A stretch of DNA of 61,120 nt, filler included, from Hausera hauseri (GCA_046269625.1; 11 parts of 11 records of this genome joined end to end with filler, not necessarily neighbours in it); one strand, 5' to 3'. Shown: positions 12,450 to 26,379, numbered from the whole stretch's first letter. The notes: generated by a model from the letters alone, not told the origin. A program made the numbers and translations.

Positions 12450-15259
12450 TTATTTCAGTTGCCAATGTTCATACGCCCAACTCTTATTTCGCCCCACCCA
12501 CTTTAGCTTATCATCGTTACATGACAAAGCGACTTTCGCACTAGTTATTGTGTACAGCTGGCGCTCAATTGATCGGATGATAGTTTCAGACACAACAACC
12601 ACTGATTGTTCTCCTTCTGCTGCTGCTGCTGCTTCATATATACGGTGATAATCACCATGGCCGATTTCCGTCTGCTTCAGCTGGACTCCTTTTGCTCGCA
12701 TTTTGCTATCCACAGTCCGTCAGAAGACTGTAGCACTGGGCGTAGGAATATCCATTCCCGATACTGAACCCGACCTTCACTTTTATCCTTGAAGCAGCCG
12801 ATTTTGTTGGATATCGCGCTGCTGTACAACGGATAGTGGGTAGTTGGACGTGTCCAATAATCCATCTAACTGCATTTGCTGCAGTAGCTGTTCGCGATTG
12901 ACCTTTTTTCAGCCACAGGAAAAAACTGTGTCACCGGCAATTATACTAATGTTATGGCCGTCAAACATTTGCCGGTAACGTGCTAAGTCGCGATACTGTA
13001 GCTCATTTATCCGCATCTTGCTCAGGTCCAATACCACTTGTCCGATGTAACTTGTTCGGCCCAGAACGACTTCTTTCCGGTTTAACAACACCGTAACCAA
13101 TCCATCGGCAATGTGCATTGACCGCCGAAACTGTGCCTTGCTGGTATACGTAACCAGCCGCTTTTCGCTGTTGCATAGGCGTACGTTGAACCGCTTTTTC
13201 AGGTCCTCCACTGTTTTTCCGTACAGTGAATTGTTTTTGAGCTTGTGATAGTCCTTTTCGAACTTTGTACAAGCTGCGGCTCCTTTATCCGAATTTCCAT
13301 CTATGTACACCTTGAATATGAGAGCCTGAGCAAATCGGATTTTGCGATGTAGCCGTTTGACTCGTACACCCAACTGTATGTAAAATTGCAACACACGTTA
13401 ATGAACTATGCAATTTTGCTTGGGTTCATGCGTATTGAGAAGTTTCTTCACTTTTGAGCCTGGTGGACATTGATTAAATGGTGCGACGTCATGCAGCTCA
13501 TCTGGTATCTCGAGATCGACCTCCATCAGGTATCCGACTGAGCCTGCCATGTCTGCTCGTGGTAGGTTGACCATTATGTCGTCCAGATCTTGTCTGTCGA
13601 CTACTCATTCGAATGAACCATACGGCTAGGGTTGCGAAAGCGCCCAGTCGTACAGGTTATTAATATCAATATATAGCAGTGATGTGGTATCTGTAGCACT
13701 GATCTGATGTTTGTTGACAAATGTCATGCCACCTCGAATACCAACATCAAACAGACGGTATATTTCCGGGTCTTTCAGCAGCTTAATGTCTAGATCCAGT
13801 GACATTAGAGCTGACGCCTAACTCACTCCCGATATGGAATAAAAATTGAGTGGCTCCAGCCTATCTTCAGCCAACGCTTTCGACCGAAACGCCTGGAACA
13901 CATCGGCCAATAAGTACACATCCAGTTTCAGATACTGAAGCATGTGCTTCATCATGTTTCTGCAATCGAGTTCTGTCCAACACCTCTGTGCTTTTCGGTA
14001 TTCATGTTCTGCGATACCTGTCCATCGCCGCGGTAATTCCTCTGCTGTGCGGAGTCGCTCATATGATGTTGCAAAGTCATACGGGAATATGCCTTTGCTA
14101 CGCGCAGTGTGGGAAATTGCGTCAATGTTATCGGCACATTCGGCAAGGCATTTACGAGCTTTACTAGAGACTCATTAAGAAATTGCAATGATTCGAGGAA
14201 GCGTACCTGGAACCGGTTTATGCTTGCTGACAGGGACAGGTAGTTCTTCATTGTTGTTGGGATTACTGTCAGTTTTCAGTGGGGAAATCCATTAATGGCC
14301 CATTTTTGTATATTGTGACAATCATAACCTCGAAAATTATGAAAGACCACCGGTAAGAATGGCTGCACACGCCTTGCCAAATTGCATGAATTACATGCTG
14401 CTCCCAGATGCCGACCAGTAAAATGATCGTAATCCGGTACGAGCTGTTCCAGTGCGTCAAACGGTAATATTTTATGGCACAGTTAACATTCATCTGTGAC
14501 TGCAAACGTCAGGCGTTCATCTTCATCTGTTTACATCAAGAGTTTATTGCTATTTCTACTGTACCATGGTGCGATTTCAGTTTCCGCTATGGTTTGCAAC
14601 TGCTGCAGAAAATCATGTACGCAATTCCAGCCGTGAAAGGCGTAATACTGCGGCTGACCGACCGCTTTTATCGGGCCAACTAACATACTAACGGCGATTG
14701 GAACGTGTTTTTATCATACACGTTGTGCAGTGTAGAATTCCCTCAATATCGGCATATACCACATATGCCGGACTGTCCGTTTTCGACCAGTCACTAAATC
14801 GGAACTCCTTTTTGAGTAGCATGACGTACATGGTTGTTCCCGTTGAATTCTGATCGTACAGCGTCACATCTTTCTCCCATATTGTTTTGGACCTGAATCA
14901 ATGCAGACATACAGGACACCATTTGCATCGTATTCGCTTTTTGATGAACTGGTCATGTTCCATGTTCAACAGTCTATTCAGATTTATCATTGCCACGTAA
15001 TGAAAATTTTCTGCCTGCTCCAACAGCAACAAATTTACCGACTGCGATAAATTTTGTCCACATTGGGGTTCTTATAAATTTCTTCGTCTTCCGGTATTTC
15101 AATTATTGTCTTGTACCCGAAAACGTTGATTGACAGCGTCGGATTACGACGTTCAAAAGCCGGAATGGTTTTCAGTTTCATCGGCATCCAGCATTCATCA
15201 AATTGCAATTCAGAAAAATACTGCCGATACTGATTTGGACGATTTGCATGATATCTGTT
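12450..15259 (-). pseudogene. Polinton-type protein-primed DNA polymerase B, family A copy 1 (5'-truncated, decayed)
   Basis: RFQVRFLESLQFLNESL, GIRGGMTF, LLYIDINNLY (motif A), KLKNNSLYGKTVE (motif B), IIAGDT (motif C), IGCFKD and ALSCNDDK. Many frameshifts. Confidence 0.9.
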
Positions 15260-16163
15260 AGGTAGGTAGATGTGAGTGCATTGCCCCAACCCCCTGGGAA
15301 GGAAGGAAAGATGTGGATAGGTATGAATCATGGGGTAGAAAAAACGATACAAACATACACGGATAATAGTGCTGAGAGAAGAGCCACACAGTTATGAAAG
15401 TGATACACACAAGCACGTGTACTGCATGGATTCGAAGTGGTTTAAAAAATTTGAATTTGGCGCGAAAAAAATTTTTGTTTAAATTTTGGTGGTAGGGTAT
15501 AAATATAGGTGTGCAAATAGCATGGCGCTGTTTGAACAAATAGTGTGACAAATGGTATGTTTTTAAGTATGTTCTCGTCAATTAGTAAAATATATATGAC
15601 AATAGTGCATTTATATGCATGCGTTTGTCTATTTCTGATTGTGTGTATCTAAAATTTGATTGGCTGAATATTACTATAAATAAAGTATTGAAATTACTTT
15701 TTTCAAAATATGATTTTACTTCTCAAAATAATGTTTTATTACTTTATTTTTATTTTATCATATTTTAGAATTACAACTACAAATATTGAACAAACCAACT
15801 TCACACACAAGATAATTGTGACAAAGTAATGCAGAAATATTATGGCGTTCAGCTGGATGGATCACAATTTTACGTATATCCAAAGTTCGAAGTCATTTCT
15901 GCTCTATAATTTTTTTTCTACTCAATTCAAAAAACAACATCAGCACCTATCATATTTCAAGAAATCAAAAAAAGCAATCCTGACAAATCACACGGATATG
16001 ATAAAAATGGCCAGACAATTCGTAGCAGACCAACAATTGCCAACAACATCATCCCATCAACAANNNNNNNNNNNNNNNNNNNNNNNNNNNNNNNNNNNNN
16101 NNNNNNNTTAATTAATTAANNNNNNNNNNNNNNNNNNNNNNNNNNNNNNNNNNNNNNNNNNNN

Positions 16164-16870
16164 TGTCCAGCTCTGGAGATAAAGTTAGGAGCAGACTGCT
16201 CTATCTGACTGGGTTTTGAGCTTTCAGAAGGTTAAATTCATCTGAGAAACTGGTTTCTCGGGCCCTCTTAATGATAAGAACTTCTGCTTGACGGTAGTCC
16301 TCTATTTCTGCTACACAAGAGCCGACAAAAACTTTGAAGTGGCATGACTCTGATCGCAGCCAAGTCAGCACGGTTGTAGAGTCTGTCCACATTACAGTCT
16401 TCTCAATCTGCAATGTGAGTTCATTTTGAAGGAGCTTGGAAAGCTGTGCTCCTGTTAGTGCTGCGCACAGTTCCAGTCTTGGGATGGAGTGCAGGCATTT
16501 AGGAGCTACCCTGGAGCGTGCCATGACAAAGTCAACATGTACCTTTCCATCTTGTCCCAATGTCCTTAGGTATGCCACTGCATCGAAGACTTGCTCGAAT
16601 ATGTGAAACTCTCTCACTTTCACTCCAGTGTTCAGGCTTTCAGTGGGCAGATATGGTCGGGGTAAAAAGATCTCAAGAAGGAACTGGAGCTCCTCTTCCC
16701 AAAGACACCATTCCCGTAAGAGGTCAGGTGGAAGCTGGTGGTCATCCCAGGCTCTATTTTTGTCCCACAAACGTGTCACCAGCATTTTGGCTCTCGTTGT
16801 GTAAGGTAAGATGAGACCCAGTGGGTCGAACTGACTGGCGAGTACTTTATAAATGCTACGCATTGTAGGA
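16164..16870 (-). mobile_element. BEL/Pao LTR retrotransposon pol fragment (Pao peptidase A17/RNase H-like region), fish-like
   Basis: YKVLASQFDPLGLILPYTTRAK...WDD..., AVAYLR...FVMARSRVAPK..SIPRLELCAAL and WTDSTTVLTWL...FKVFV are hallmark BEL/Pao motifs. Confidence 0.9.
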
Positions 16871-16874
16871 GCAT

Positions 16875-19800
16875 GATGTATAAATATATATTTTGGGTGT
16901 TCTCTGATTTGTATTAATCTTTGTTAAATGTGTTTATCTCTTTGAAAGAAATGTTGTTCGCATCCCTGGAAGTCTGGGAGACATCCACACTGTTTTGAGA
17001 ACATGCCCTTGATAATGTCATACCCCCGGAATGCCTGGGAGCAGGATTTGGCCCATCTTGCTCACATGTGATCCATGCTTTGAATGATATAAAAGAGGAC
17101 GAGTCTGAGCTCCGAGCAGAGTCTGCTGAGGGTACGTACGGACGCCCAGCTAATTGATGCTTACTCTGATCGGACTGAAAGTCTCTCCAGTCCAGTGTCA
17201 CGGTGAGAGTAATCAATGATTTGTATCTGAAGCATCAATGTTGTTTGTGTGATGTGAATTGCTTGCTGTAATCTGTGGGGAATAAACTTGACACATTTGT
17301 TCTAGCAGTTACAGTGTATTAGAGCTTGCTGCTTGTTGTAATCTGTGGGGGATGAAGGACATAATCCTAGCAGAAAATACAGCCTGTGTGTGTTGTTTGT
17401 TCAGTTTTGCTGTTGTTCTGTTGTGGGATGAAGGATATAAATCCCAGCAGAAAATACGGCCTGTGTTGGTTTGTTTGTTTGTTTGTTTATTTTAGCTTGT
17501 GAGTGTTGTTCTTTTACATTGTGCTGACTTTCTTCCGAATCTGCATAGGAAAAAACAAGTAACAGGAAAGGAAGAAGAGACACCGGTTGTAGGTGGAAAA
17601 GTTAAGATTGTGCCGGGATGGGAAAATCCCTGTTATCAGTGTTATTAGTCAATAGTGCTTAGTTTAAGGGACGGGCCACTGCAGGCAGGGGCTGATAATC
17701 CGTCCACTCTGTTAGAGGTCTTGGAATCAGCTGAGGTGAAAAAGAGAACTCCTGTTGACGATCTTCAGAGGCACAAGTGGGTCTGTGCCGTTGCTTGCCG
17801 AAGACAGTATGAAAAAAAAATCAATCAACAGACTCAGACAGAAGCTTTAAGAAAAAAAAAGGTACTAGAAGAAGCTGAGCTAGTTTTTTTAGTACGTCAG
17901 CATGTGAAACTGTTGACCGCACAGTTAGAAAACATGACTCGAGTCACTGAAGGAGCAGTGGCTCAAGTGTGCTTGTTGAAAAGACAGAAAAAGAGAAAGA
18001 AAAAACGTGAGGTATCTCCCAGATGAGTGTGTGCTTTCGTTTCTGAACTCCCAGCGGGGTGGAACCCTCCCCGCTGGGACGGTGAGGATGACAGCACCTG
18101 CTGAAAAGCAGGAGAAAGAGAGCGGAGGGAGTGGAGAACCTTTTTCTTATTCTTAGTTTTATTTATGGTGACAGAACTGATTGGGTGTTGGTTATTTGGT
18201 GTTATTTATTGTTTTTTAAACTAGCGGAGGCTCTGACATGGTAAAAATATTGAAATTGAAGTTTTGGAAGAAATCAGAAAAACTTGAAGAAGAAGCAGTA
18301 AGATTGCTCTGTGCGTCCATGTGCCTGCGGGGTGATGGGAATTATGGATGGTCCGTGCAAGTTGACATGTATGTAATTGTATAGATCTGTAATGTTGACT
18401 GTGATGTTGGGTGCTCAAGAGGTTACCGCAGTCAGATTATGGAGTTTGGGACGTTGGGGGATTGGAGTTCAGGAAAAGTAGAAAAACAAGACTAGGGTTC
18501 TCAACATGTGGGTCGTGGGCCAAAAAGGGACGGCCAAAATAACACACAGGGACCCACTTGCTCTGCTTTATGGAGAGTTTTAATACAGTCTAGGGACCCA
18601 CCATCTGAAATAGATGGGTGACCAATAGAAGAGTTAAGAAAACAATGTTAGAAAAAGGGATTAAAGGTCCAGTGTGGTAGATTTGACATGGGAAATTTGA
18701 CTCAAGCATTAAGAGATGTTTTTTTTTTTTTTTTCAAATAGAAAGACTGCTCGAGTGGTTGAAGTTTCTGATTTTGAGTCCTCTGAGGGGGAAGAAGTTG
18801 TGAGAATGAAAACAGTGAAGCAGAAGGAAAAAAAAGGGAGAAATAAAGAGAGAAAATCAAAACTGTACACTGATTTATCAGACCTGCTGAATTTTGAATA
18901 GGAAACAGGGCAAGCCCCATAAATAAGACACTGGGGCTGAGGCCACACTTATTCATGGCAACCCAAACAAAATTAAAGGACCTGTGGTTCCACTCTCAGG
19001 TTTGGGGGGGAAATATGATTTTTGGAAAAAAGGAACAGTACCCTTTAAAAAAAAATTGGAAATGCGGCCATTAAAATTTTTAAGTTTTGGTAACTAATGA
19101 ATATTGGGCCACTATTAAAGATTATGTGGATGCTGGAGTACTTAAAACATGTACTACAGCCTGGAATACTTATTAGTAAATGTTACCTCAGAGAAAACTA
19201 ACCAAATTTTTCTCTTCTGTGAAAAGTCCTTTGTTTATTTTCAGAATTAATGTTTCCTTGGTATCCATTGGTGGGGAGACCAGGGGTAACCAGACAACAA
19301 CAGGACCAGCCATGGGCGTCGCCCAGAGGGTTGTGCTGGATCTGGGGCCATCACGTTCCTTGTCATTGGTGCCATGGTGCTGCTGAACAACCTCTCCTCC
19401 CAACCCCGAGACGTGTCCTGAGAGTAGAGGGACCTCTCGTGCCAGGAGTGAGGTGGAGGGATGCCACGCACCGCAGCAAGATGACTACGTATGTCCAGCA
19501 CACCAACCTTGTGTGGTGGCCAACATGACCAGCGATTGCCCCTTTTTACTCCTGTGATGGATGTCGCAGGGGACACGAGGTTTCAGTGCTGGTAACGGGA
19601 TGTGTGATCTCCATCAAGGCTCTTTTGAATGTGTGCCAGCTGCGATCATTCAAAAGTAAGACATGGATCGAAGGAAGTAATCAACAGGTTCTGCATGTGA
19701 GAATGCAGATGGAAAGTTTCCAAAGGGGGGTGACCACTCATAACCATCGTGAGTGGCGAAGATTGTGGAACATCCATTGGTTAACGTTAACATCTGAAAT

Positions 19801-21193
19801 AATGAAATGGTGAGGACAATGTTGTCTAATACTGGACAGCATGCTTCACTGGCTGTTCATCAAGTTGTACTTTGGATGCCCTCCTCAGTAGCTACACAGA
19901 CTGAAACTGCTGATATTTTTTGGAAAGAGATAAACTGGCAAACAAAAATGTGGGGCGCTACAGAAAAGCTGCTCGTCAACATCACAAATGCTTTGAATTG
20001 GACTACGTGTAACTTGCAGGTGTTACATGTAAAAATGCAAATGGAACGGTTCCAGAGAGTGATGACCACTCATAATCCTCATGAGTGGAAACGGTTGTGG
20101 AACATTTCTAATGATCAATGGTTATCCTTAAAACCTGAAATGACAAAATGTAATGATCAAGCTTGTGAAGGTCATTATGTTCAACATCAAGTTAGCGATG
20201 TTATTACTGTGTGTCGTTATCATGTGCTGCCTGTGATAACAATTACAGGATTTTGGTTTTTGAAACTTCAAGGGAATTGGTTTGACCCCAAAACCAATCT
20301 GACCTATGATTTGCAACTGTGCGAGACTGCTGATAAAGGTATGGTATGTATGTTACAGACAGGTTTTGTTAATCCATGCTTAACCAGAGACAAGGTGTTG
20401 TGTGAGTGGACCTTTGAACAACCTAGAGACATGCTATGGCAGATTGGCCCACATACTCTGTGCGTAGCTACCATTAATAGCCATCCTCAACTACCTAAGG
20501 CTCCTTTTTCTGGGTGTCTGTATGATGTTCACATGTGGCATTGGAACAACCTGACCTATCAATTGACTAATTTTTCCTCTGATTCTCGCCTGACACAGGT
20601 ACAATGGAACGTTCTCCGGGTACCTTGGCGAGTCTCTCTTGATCGTTTCAGAGGCGCCCTGAATCAGTCAAGAGAGCTAAAGAAAATAATTGAATCTCAT
20701 AGGTCTAATGTGTCTGATCTCACGGTGTCCACATACGTCACACAGGGGGAGGTGTTGCATGCTGCAAACCTTATTCAACAAGATTCTGCTAATCACTGGT
20801 GGAATATTTTTTCTGGTATGAGTTCAACAGTGAGACAATATTTTGTACCACCCTTACTTGCTTTGTTTATTTGCTTTATCATTTTAGCTTTAATTAATGT
20901 GTGCACTTGTCTTTACATACGTAAAATAAATAAGTCAATGAATAAGAAACTTTATAACGCTGCCCTAAGATGAAGGTGACATTAAAAATCAGAAATGAAC
21001 TAAGTAACCCTTGGAGAGTGTTTGGAACTATGTACATATATGTTTAACCCTGATTGTCCTTTGTGGTGGGATCATGTTGATGGTAATGGGTTTATTAATT
21101 AATCATAGCCCATAGGAAGAAAATAAATATGTTCTTTAATTAATGTACATTTAAATAAATATGTTCTTTGATTAATGTCATGTTGATGGTATT
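16875..21193 (+). mobile_element. Defective endogenous retrovirus-like element (gag relic, short pol relic, env), probably teleost
   Basis: Leader with tandem repeats at ~17230-17480. Gag-like relic at ~17600-18090 ending VCAFVSELPAGWNPPRWDG, similar to class III gag WDPxxWDG. RT-start relic DYVDAGVLKTCTTAWNT at ~19120-19170. Env ORF downstream. LTR limits not resolved. Confidence 0.65.
19807..20973 (+). CDS. Envelope/fusion glycoprotein, C-terminal 388 aa
   Basis: Several NxS/T sequons (NIT, NWT, NIS, NLT, NFS, NQS, NVS), a Cys-rich ectodomain, a heptad-like region, HWWNIFSGMS, a TM helix (LLALFICFIILALINVCTCLYI) and a short basic tail. The 5' part (~19230-19806) is disrupted and contains a partial duplicate. 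Confidence 0.75.
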   Translation: MVRTMLSNTGQHASLAVHQVVLWMPSSVATQTETADIFWKEINWQTKMWGATEKLLVNITNALNWTTCNLQVLHVKMQMERFQRVMTTHNPHEWKRLWNISNDQWLSLKPEMTKCNDQACEGHYVQHQVSDVITVCRYHVLPVITITGFWFLKLQGNWFDPKTNLTYDLQLCETADKGMVCMLQTGFVNPCLTRDKVLCEWTFEQPRDMLWQIGPHTLCVATINSHPQLPKAPFSGCLYDVHMWHWNNLTYQLTNFSSDSRLTQVQWNVLRVPWRVSLDRFRGALNQSRELKKIIESHRSNVSDLTVSTYVTQGEVLHAANLIQQDSANHWWNIFSGMSSTVRQYFVPPLLALFICFIILALINVCTCLYIRKINKSMNKKLYNAALR

Positions 21194-21293
21194 NNNNNNN
21201 NNNNNNNNNNNNNNNNNNNNNNNNNNNNNNNNNNNNNTTAATTAATTAANNNNNNNNNNNNNNNNNNNNNNNNNNNNNNNNNNNNNNNNNNNN

Positions 21294-23051
21294 AGTTCGT
21301 CATTGGATGGTTTAGTGAAGCATCTCCCTGCAGAAGACTCAAGGAGACGAAACGGTTCTTCCCCACTGCATTTGACCTCGTCAAGAGGAAAGGCGTGTTT
21401 CCTTATGACTACTCAACCTCATGTGAAACACTGGATAAGACCTCATTGCCGGAGAAGAAGGAATTTTACAGTATTCTCTCTGATTGCGATATCAGTGATG
21501 CTGACTACCAGCATGCCCAGAATGTCTGGCATTATTCCAATGCCGAACATTAGGGGAATACAACGACATATACTCAAGGCGGACGTGCTGCTGCTCACAG
21601 ATATCTTTGAGAGTTTCAGGGATGTCACAATGAAGAGCCATGCATTGGATCCGGCTCATTTCTTTACAGCTCCAGGGATGAGCTGGGCAGCAATGATGAG
21701 ATATACCGGCATAAGGCTGCAGATCATTAAGGATTACGACATCATCCTTATGATCGAGAGAGGCATTAGAGGTGGAATATGCCAGGCCATTCACTGGTAT
21801 AGCGAGGCCAACAACAAGTATATGGCCCAGTATGATGCATCCTAGGAATCCTCATATATCATACCTGAATGCCGACAACTTGTATGGATATGCAATGAGC
21901 GCCCCATAGCCGTATGATAACTTCAAAAGGGTCGAAAATCCTGAAAAATCCCTATATCGGACCTGGATCCCACTGGAGATACGGGATACATACTGGAGGT
22001 GAATATGGAATATCCTGCTCCCATCCACGCAAGGCATCAACAACTGCCTTTCTTCCCTGAAAGCAGGCCTCCGCCCCACGGAAAGCAGAGAAAGCTACTC
22101 TGTCATCTGGGTAATAGGGAGAGGTATGTAGTTCACTACATCAATCTCCAGTAGGCACTTAGGAATAGACTTTGTATTATCAAGATCCATAAAGCCCTCC
22201 AGTTCAGCCAGTCCATGCGGCTGCAGCCTTACATAGATCGCAATACCAAGCTGTGGACAAATGCCAAGAACGATTTTGAGAAGGACCAGTTCAAGCTTTA
22301 CAACAACTCGGTCTTTGGCAAGACCATGAAGAATATCCGGAACAGGATGAACATCGAACTGGTATGTGACTGGAAGCGAGCAAAGAAGCTTATTTCCTAG
22401 CCTCACTTACACAGCAGCATCATACATGCTGAGAACTTGGTCAACATCCATATGCTAAAAACGTCCTTTGTATTCAACAAGCCCATATGTATGGGTATTT
22501 CAATCCTCGACATGTCAAAGACCCTGATGTATCATTTCCACTAAGACATCACGGTCCCCAAGTTCAAGTCCATGCAGCTGATGTATATGAATACTAATAG
22601 TTTCATCTATGAGATCCATACAGAGGACATTTATGAGGACTTTGCCCAGTTAGCAGAGCATATGGATACCTCGGACTATCCGAAGGATCATCCGATCTAT
22701 TCAAGTGTCAACAAAAAGGTCCTAGGGAAATTCAAAGACGAGGTGAAATGGCCAATAATTTCGAGATTTGTGGCTCTCAGGTCTAAAATGTATGCTCTAG
22801 ACGTATGTGGATAAGTAAAGAAGCGGGCAAAAGGGGTTCAAAGGGCTACATTGGCCAAGATCAGTTTTCAAGATTATGTGACAGTTCTGCAAGAACAGAC
22901 TCACATTATATTGGAAATGAAAAGGATCCAATCTAGGGATCATAACATCCAAACTGTTACCTTACAGAAAAGCCTAGATTGGATGGACGACAAGAGACAG
23001 ATCCTGAGCGATGGAATCAACACAGTACCTCATGGACATGTGGCATTGTAA
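21294..23051 (+). pseudogene. Polinton-type pPolB, family B copy 1 (C-terminal half, decayed)
   Basis: LKADVLLLTDIFESFR, IERGIRGGICQ, YLNADNLYGYAM (motif A), FKLYNNSVFGKTM (motif B), LMYMNTNSFIY (motif C relic), NKKVLGKFKDE, LRSKMY and DDKR..DGINTVPHGH. Confidence 0.9.
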
Positions 23052-23239
23052 ATATTGTTAATCTTTTGTTTAATAAACGTTGTATAAAATATCGTGTTGT
23101 CTTCTTGATCAAGTAATGTGGGATATAGGATAAGGCCAAGTAAAACTAAGTAAGTACTATATAGGATAAGGCCAACAAATTTCACAACAAATTTATTTCA
23201 TAACAATATAACTTTGGCATAACGCTAAACACTTTCATA

Positions 23240-23557
23240 GTGTGTGTGTATTTAAATGTGGGTAAAATGAAGTAACTTGAGAAATGAATTGGCTATAATA
23301 TATCTTCTAAGTGAGTTTGTGTGCGTATGTTTGTGTGAGTAAAGGCGAATGACTTGAGAAATAAATTATTAAGATATATGGTGTGCATGCGCATGTCTGT
23401 GCTTGTAAAATATAAGTAACCTGAGAAAAGGTATAGCTTAGATATAAAGTATGCTTGTCTATGCATATAAATTGCTCCTAACTTGGGAAAATTTATATTT
23501 CATATTTATATATCTGTTCGCGGCAATGAGATTTTCGCCCCCTACCACTCAGAGACT
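23240..23557 (+). repeat. Subterminal degenerate tandem repeats and possible element end
   Basis: Four copies of an AxTAAC(T/C)TG(A/G)GAAA-like core spaced ~65-75 bp apart, then ...TTTTCGCCCCCTACCACTCAGAGACT directly abutting the truncated family B copy 2. Confidence 0.4.
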
Positions 23558-26205
23558 AGTACGATGTTGATCCTCTTGCGGATATTCTCCATGGTCTTTC
23601 AAACAAAGCTGTTGTTATAAAGCTTGAATTGGTCCTCCTCAAAGTCGTTATTTACATTTGTCCATAACTTTGTTTTGAGGTCTTTGTAGGGCTGCAGCTA
23701 ATTGGACTGGCTGAACTGCAGGGCCCGATAAATCTTAGTAATGAGGAGTCCATCACTGACCGCCTGATGGAGATTTCTCTAGTGAACAACATACCTATCC
23801 CTACTATCCAGATGGCAGAGCAGCTTTCTATGCTCTCCATTGGGCAGAGGCTTGCGCTCGGAGAGGAAAGGCAGCTGTTGATGCATTGTGTGGATAGAAG
23901 CCGGATATTCCATATCTACCACTAGTATGTATCCCCTATCTCCAGTGGGATCTAGGTCTAGTATAGGGATGTTTGCAGGATGCTTGACTTACTTGAAGTT
24001 ATCATATGGAAATTGGACGCTCATTTTCCGTCCATGCAAGTTGTTGACATTCAGGTATGATATATATGATGATTCCTTAGATGGATCATAGTGGGCAATA
24101 TACTTGTTGTTGGCCTTGCTATACTGGTGGATGGCCTGGCATATTCCGCCTCTAATGCCTCTCTCAATCATGAGGATAATGTCGTAATCCTTTATTATCT
24201 GCAGATGAACACCTGTATATCTCAGCATAGCTGCTAAACTCATCTTTAAAGCCGTAAAGAAATGAGCGGGGTCCAAATCATAGTTCTTTATCGTAACATC
24301 CCTAAAACTCTCAAAGACATACATCAGAAGCAGCACGTCCGTTTTGATGTATATGGCGCTGTATTCTCCTAATGTTCGGCATTGGAATGCATGCCAGACG
24401 TTCTGAGCATAGTGGTAGTCCATATCACTGATATCGCAATCAGATAAGATATTGTAAAAGTCCTTCTTGGCCGGCATTGAGGTCTCATCCAGTGTTTTCC
24501 ATGAAATTATATAGTCATAGGGAAACACGCCTTTCCACTTGACGAGGTCAAATGCAGTGTGAAAGAACCTCCTCGTGTCCTTAAGTTCTCTGCAGGGAGA
24601 TTCTTCACTAAACTGTCAGGTGAAGACGACATGAAACAAAAACTGTCTACGAAGCGAAGCGTGATTTTTCCAACATGTTTGGTAAAAGTGATGTACTTTT
24701 CCTCACTATTAGGGATCACCTCAATGTTTCTTTTAATGCTGCCCAGGTCCCGAACAATGAAATGGAAATCATAGCCGCTGAGATTATGGAACACTACAGG
24801 CACATATGTACATGTTTTTCAGTGTAGATTGCACTTGTTGAATGCCGCTCCCCGATATGTGTCTGTAAAATGTCAATGATCCCTTACTTTATAATGATCC
24901 TTAGTGAATGATTTGGAGCACAAGTAATATGGTGTTGCCTTGCGCCATTCCTCATCTTGCTACTTCGACAAGTTCATGTCGTCCTTATGCTGCTGCTGCA
25001 TATCTCCAATCCTATGAGTTATATCTTTACGTCGTTTCGTGAAATATGCTGTTGCGCCTCGACCTCTGAATAGATATGGTTTACTGTCCAGTCCTTTGAC
25101 ATACATGCAATATGATGAAAGTTCATTATATTGGTATGCCGTTATGCTGCTATGTTGGGGATTAGGACTTCAACTTTAAACTGGGCACAGAATAGCCTCA
25201 AAGTCGCAATAGATAACTATTGGGACCTTGATCTTCTTCTCGAACTCCTTGAATTCAATGTAGTTCTCCTAGGGAAATTCTGGCCTGATACAATACTTTT
25301 TGTTGCAGTACATCGTGTGCTATTTCAGTTTCAATGCAGCTACATCGCCGCTGAAATGGGACAAGCATCGTTTACATATTTCTATTTGTTCATGATGTTT
25401 CATAATTTGTGATCTGTCTAGCCGCTCAAAGTCTTTGATCTAAACATAATGTTTCTTTTTGCCATTGTCTAGTAGGAGCAGATCGCTATGATCTTCCAAT
25501 TCAGCATCGCATATCTGCAGGTGATAGAATTTATCATCCTCATCCAATCCCTAGATATTGAAGGACACGTTATTGACTTTTCCGAATTTTTTAATTTCTT
25601 CTACGGATGGAGGGAAATTGATACATTAGAAGTCATAGTTGTGCTACACATCCTTATATAGCCAAACTCGTGAAGCATTATTTTGATCCGTTACGAGTTT
25701 TGATAGAATGGCAAACATGAAACACATGTTGTCGTTATTATGTACATTGACACATGCTTTTGTATTACCGATCCAATCAGGGAGCTCAATATATGAACTG
25801 CACCACATGGGAGAGTACTTGTCAACATACACAATCAATCTCTTAATGGTGGCCAGAGACCTTCCACTCTTCTTATCCTAACTCTCCCCGGCTTCACAGA
25901 TTAGCTTCTCGTGCGCCTCTTGCATCCATTCTACAATACTGATGTTTTCCAAAATGGGTTTATTTTTGATCTTGAAGGCCCCATTGGATTCTTTGCCATC
26001 AAAATTGATGTATGTGGCTTCCACTTTTATATTCACCTTAAGGGCTTTGAGTTCAGCCATGTTGTACTGAATAATCCCCTCTGTCTCGTCCTTTGTGTAT
26101 AAGAGGAAGTCTTGGAGGGTTGTTTGACCAGTTGCCTCAATAACATATCTGCGGCATTTTCTCTTTAATGCTGCCGCATCAACTGGCCGCTGTCTTTGGC
26201 TTTTT
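23555..26205 (-). pseudogene. Polinton-type pPolB, family B copy 2 (N-terminal TP/vOTU-like region through motif B, decayed)
   Basis: SSYIELPDWI..KACVNVHNNDNMCFMFAIL, KKHYV, CKRCL..F, PVVFHNLSGYDFHFIV, RFVDSF, FPYDY, KTDVLLLMYVFESFR, GIRGGICQ and YLNVNNLHG. Truncated just after motif B. Confidence 0.9.
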
Positions 26206-26379
26206 NNNNNNNNNNNNNNNNNNNNNNNNNNNNNNNNNNNNNNNNNNNNTTAATTAATTAANNNNNNNNNNNNNNNNNNNNNNNNNNNNNNNNNNNNNNN
26301 NNNNNTTTGCCACCTATTTGGTAGGTTTACGTTTTACAATTGATTTCTGGAAATTATCCATTTTGTTTCACTATTACTA

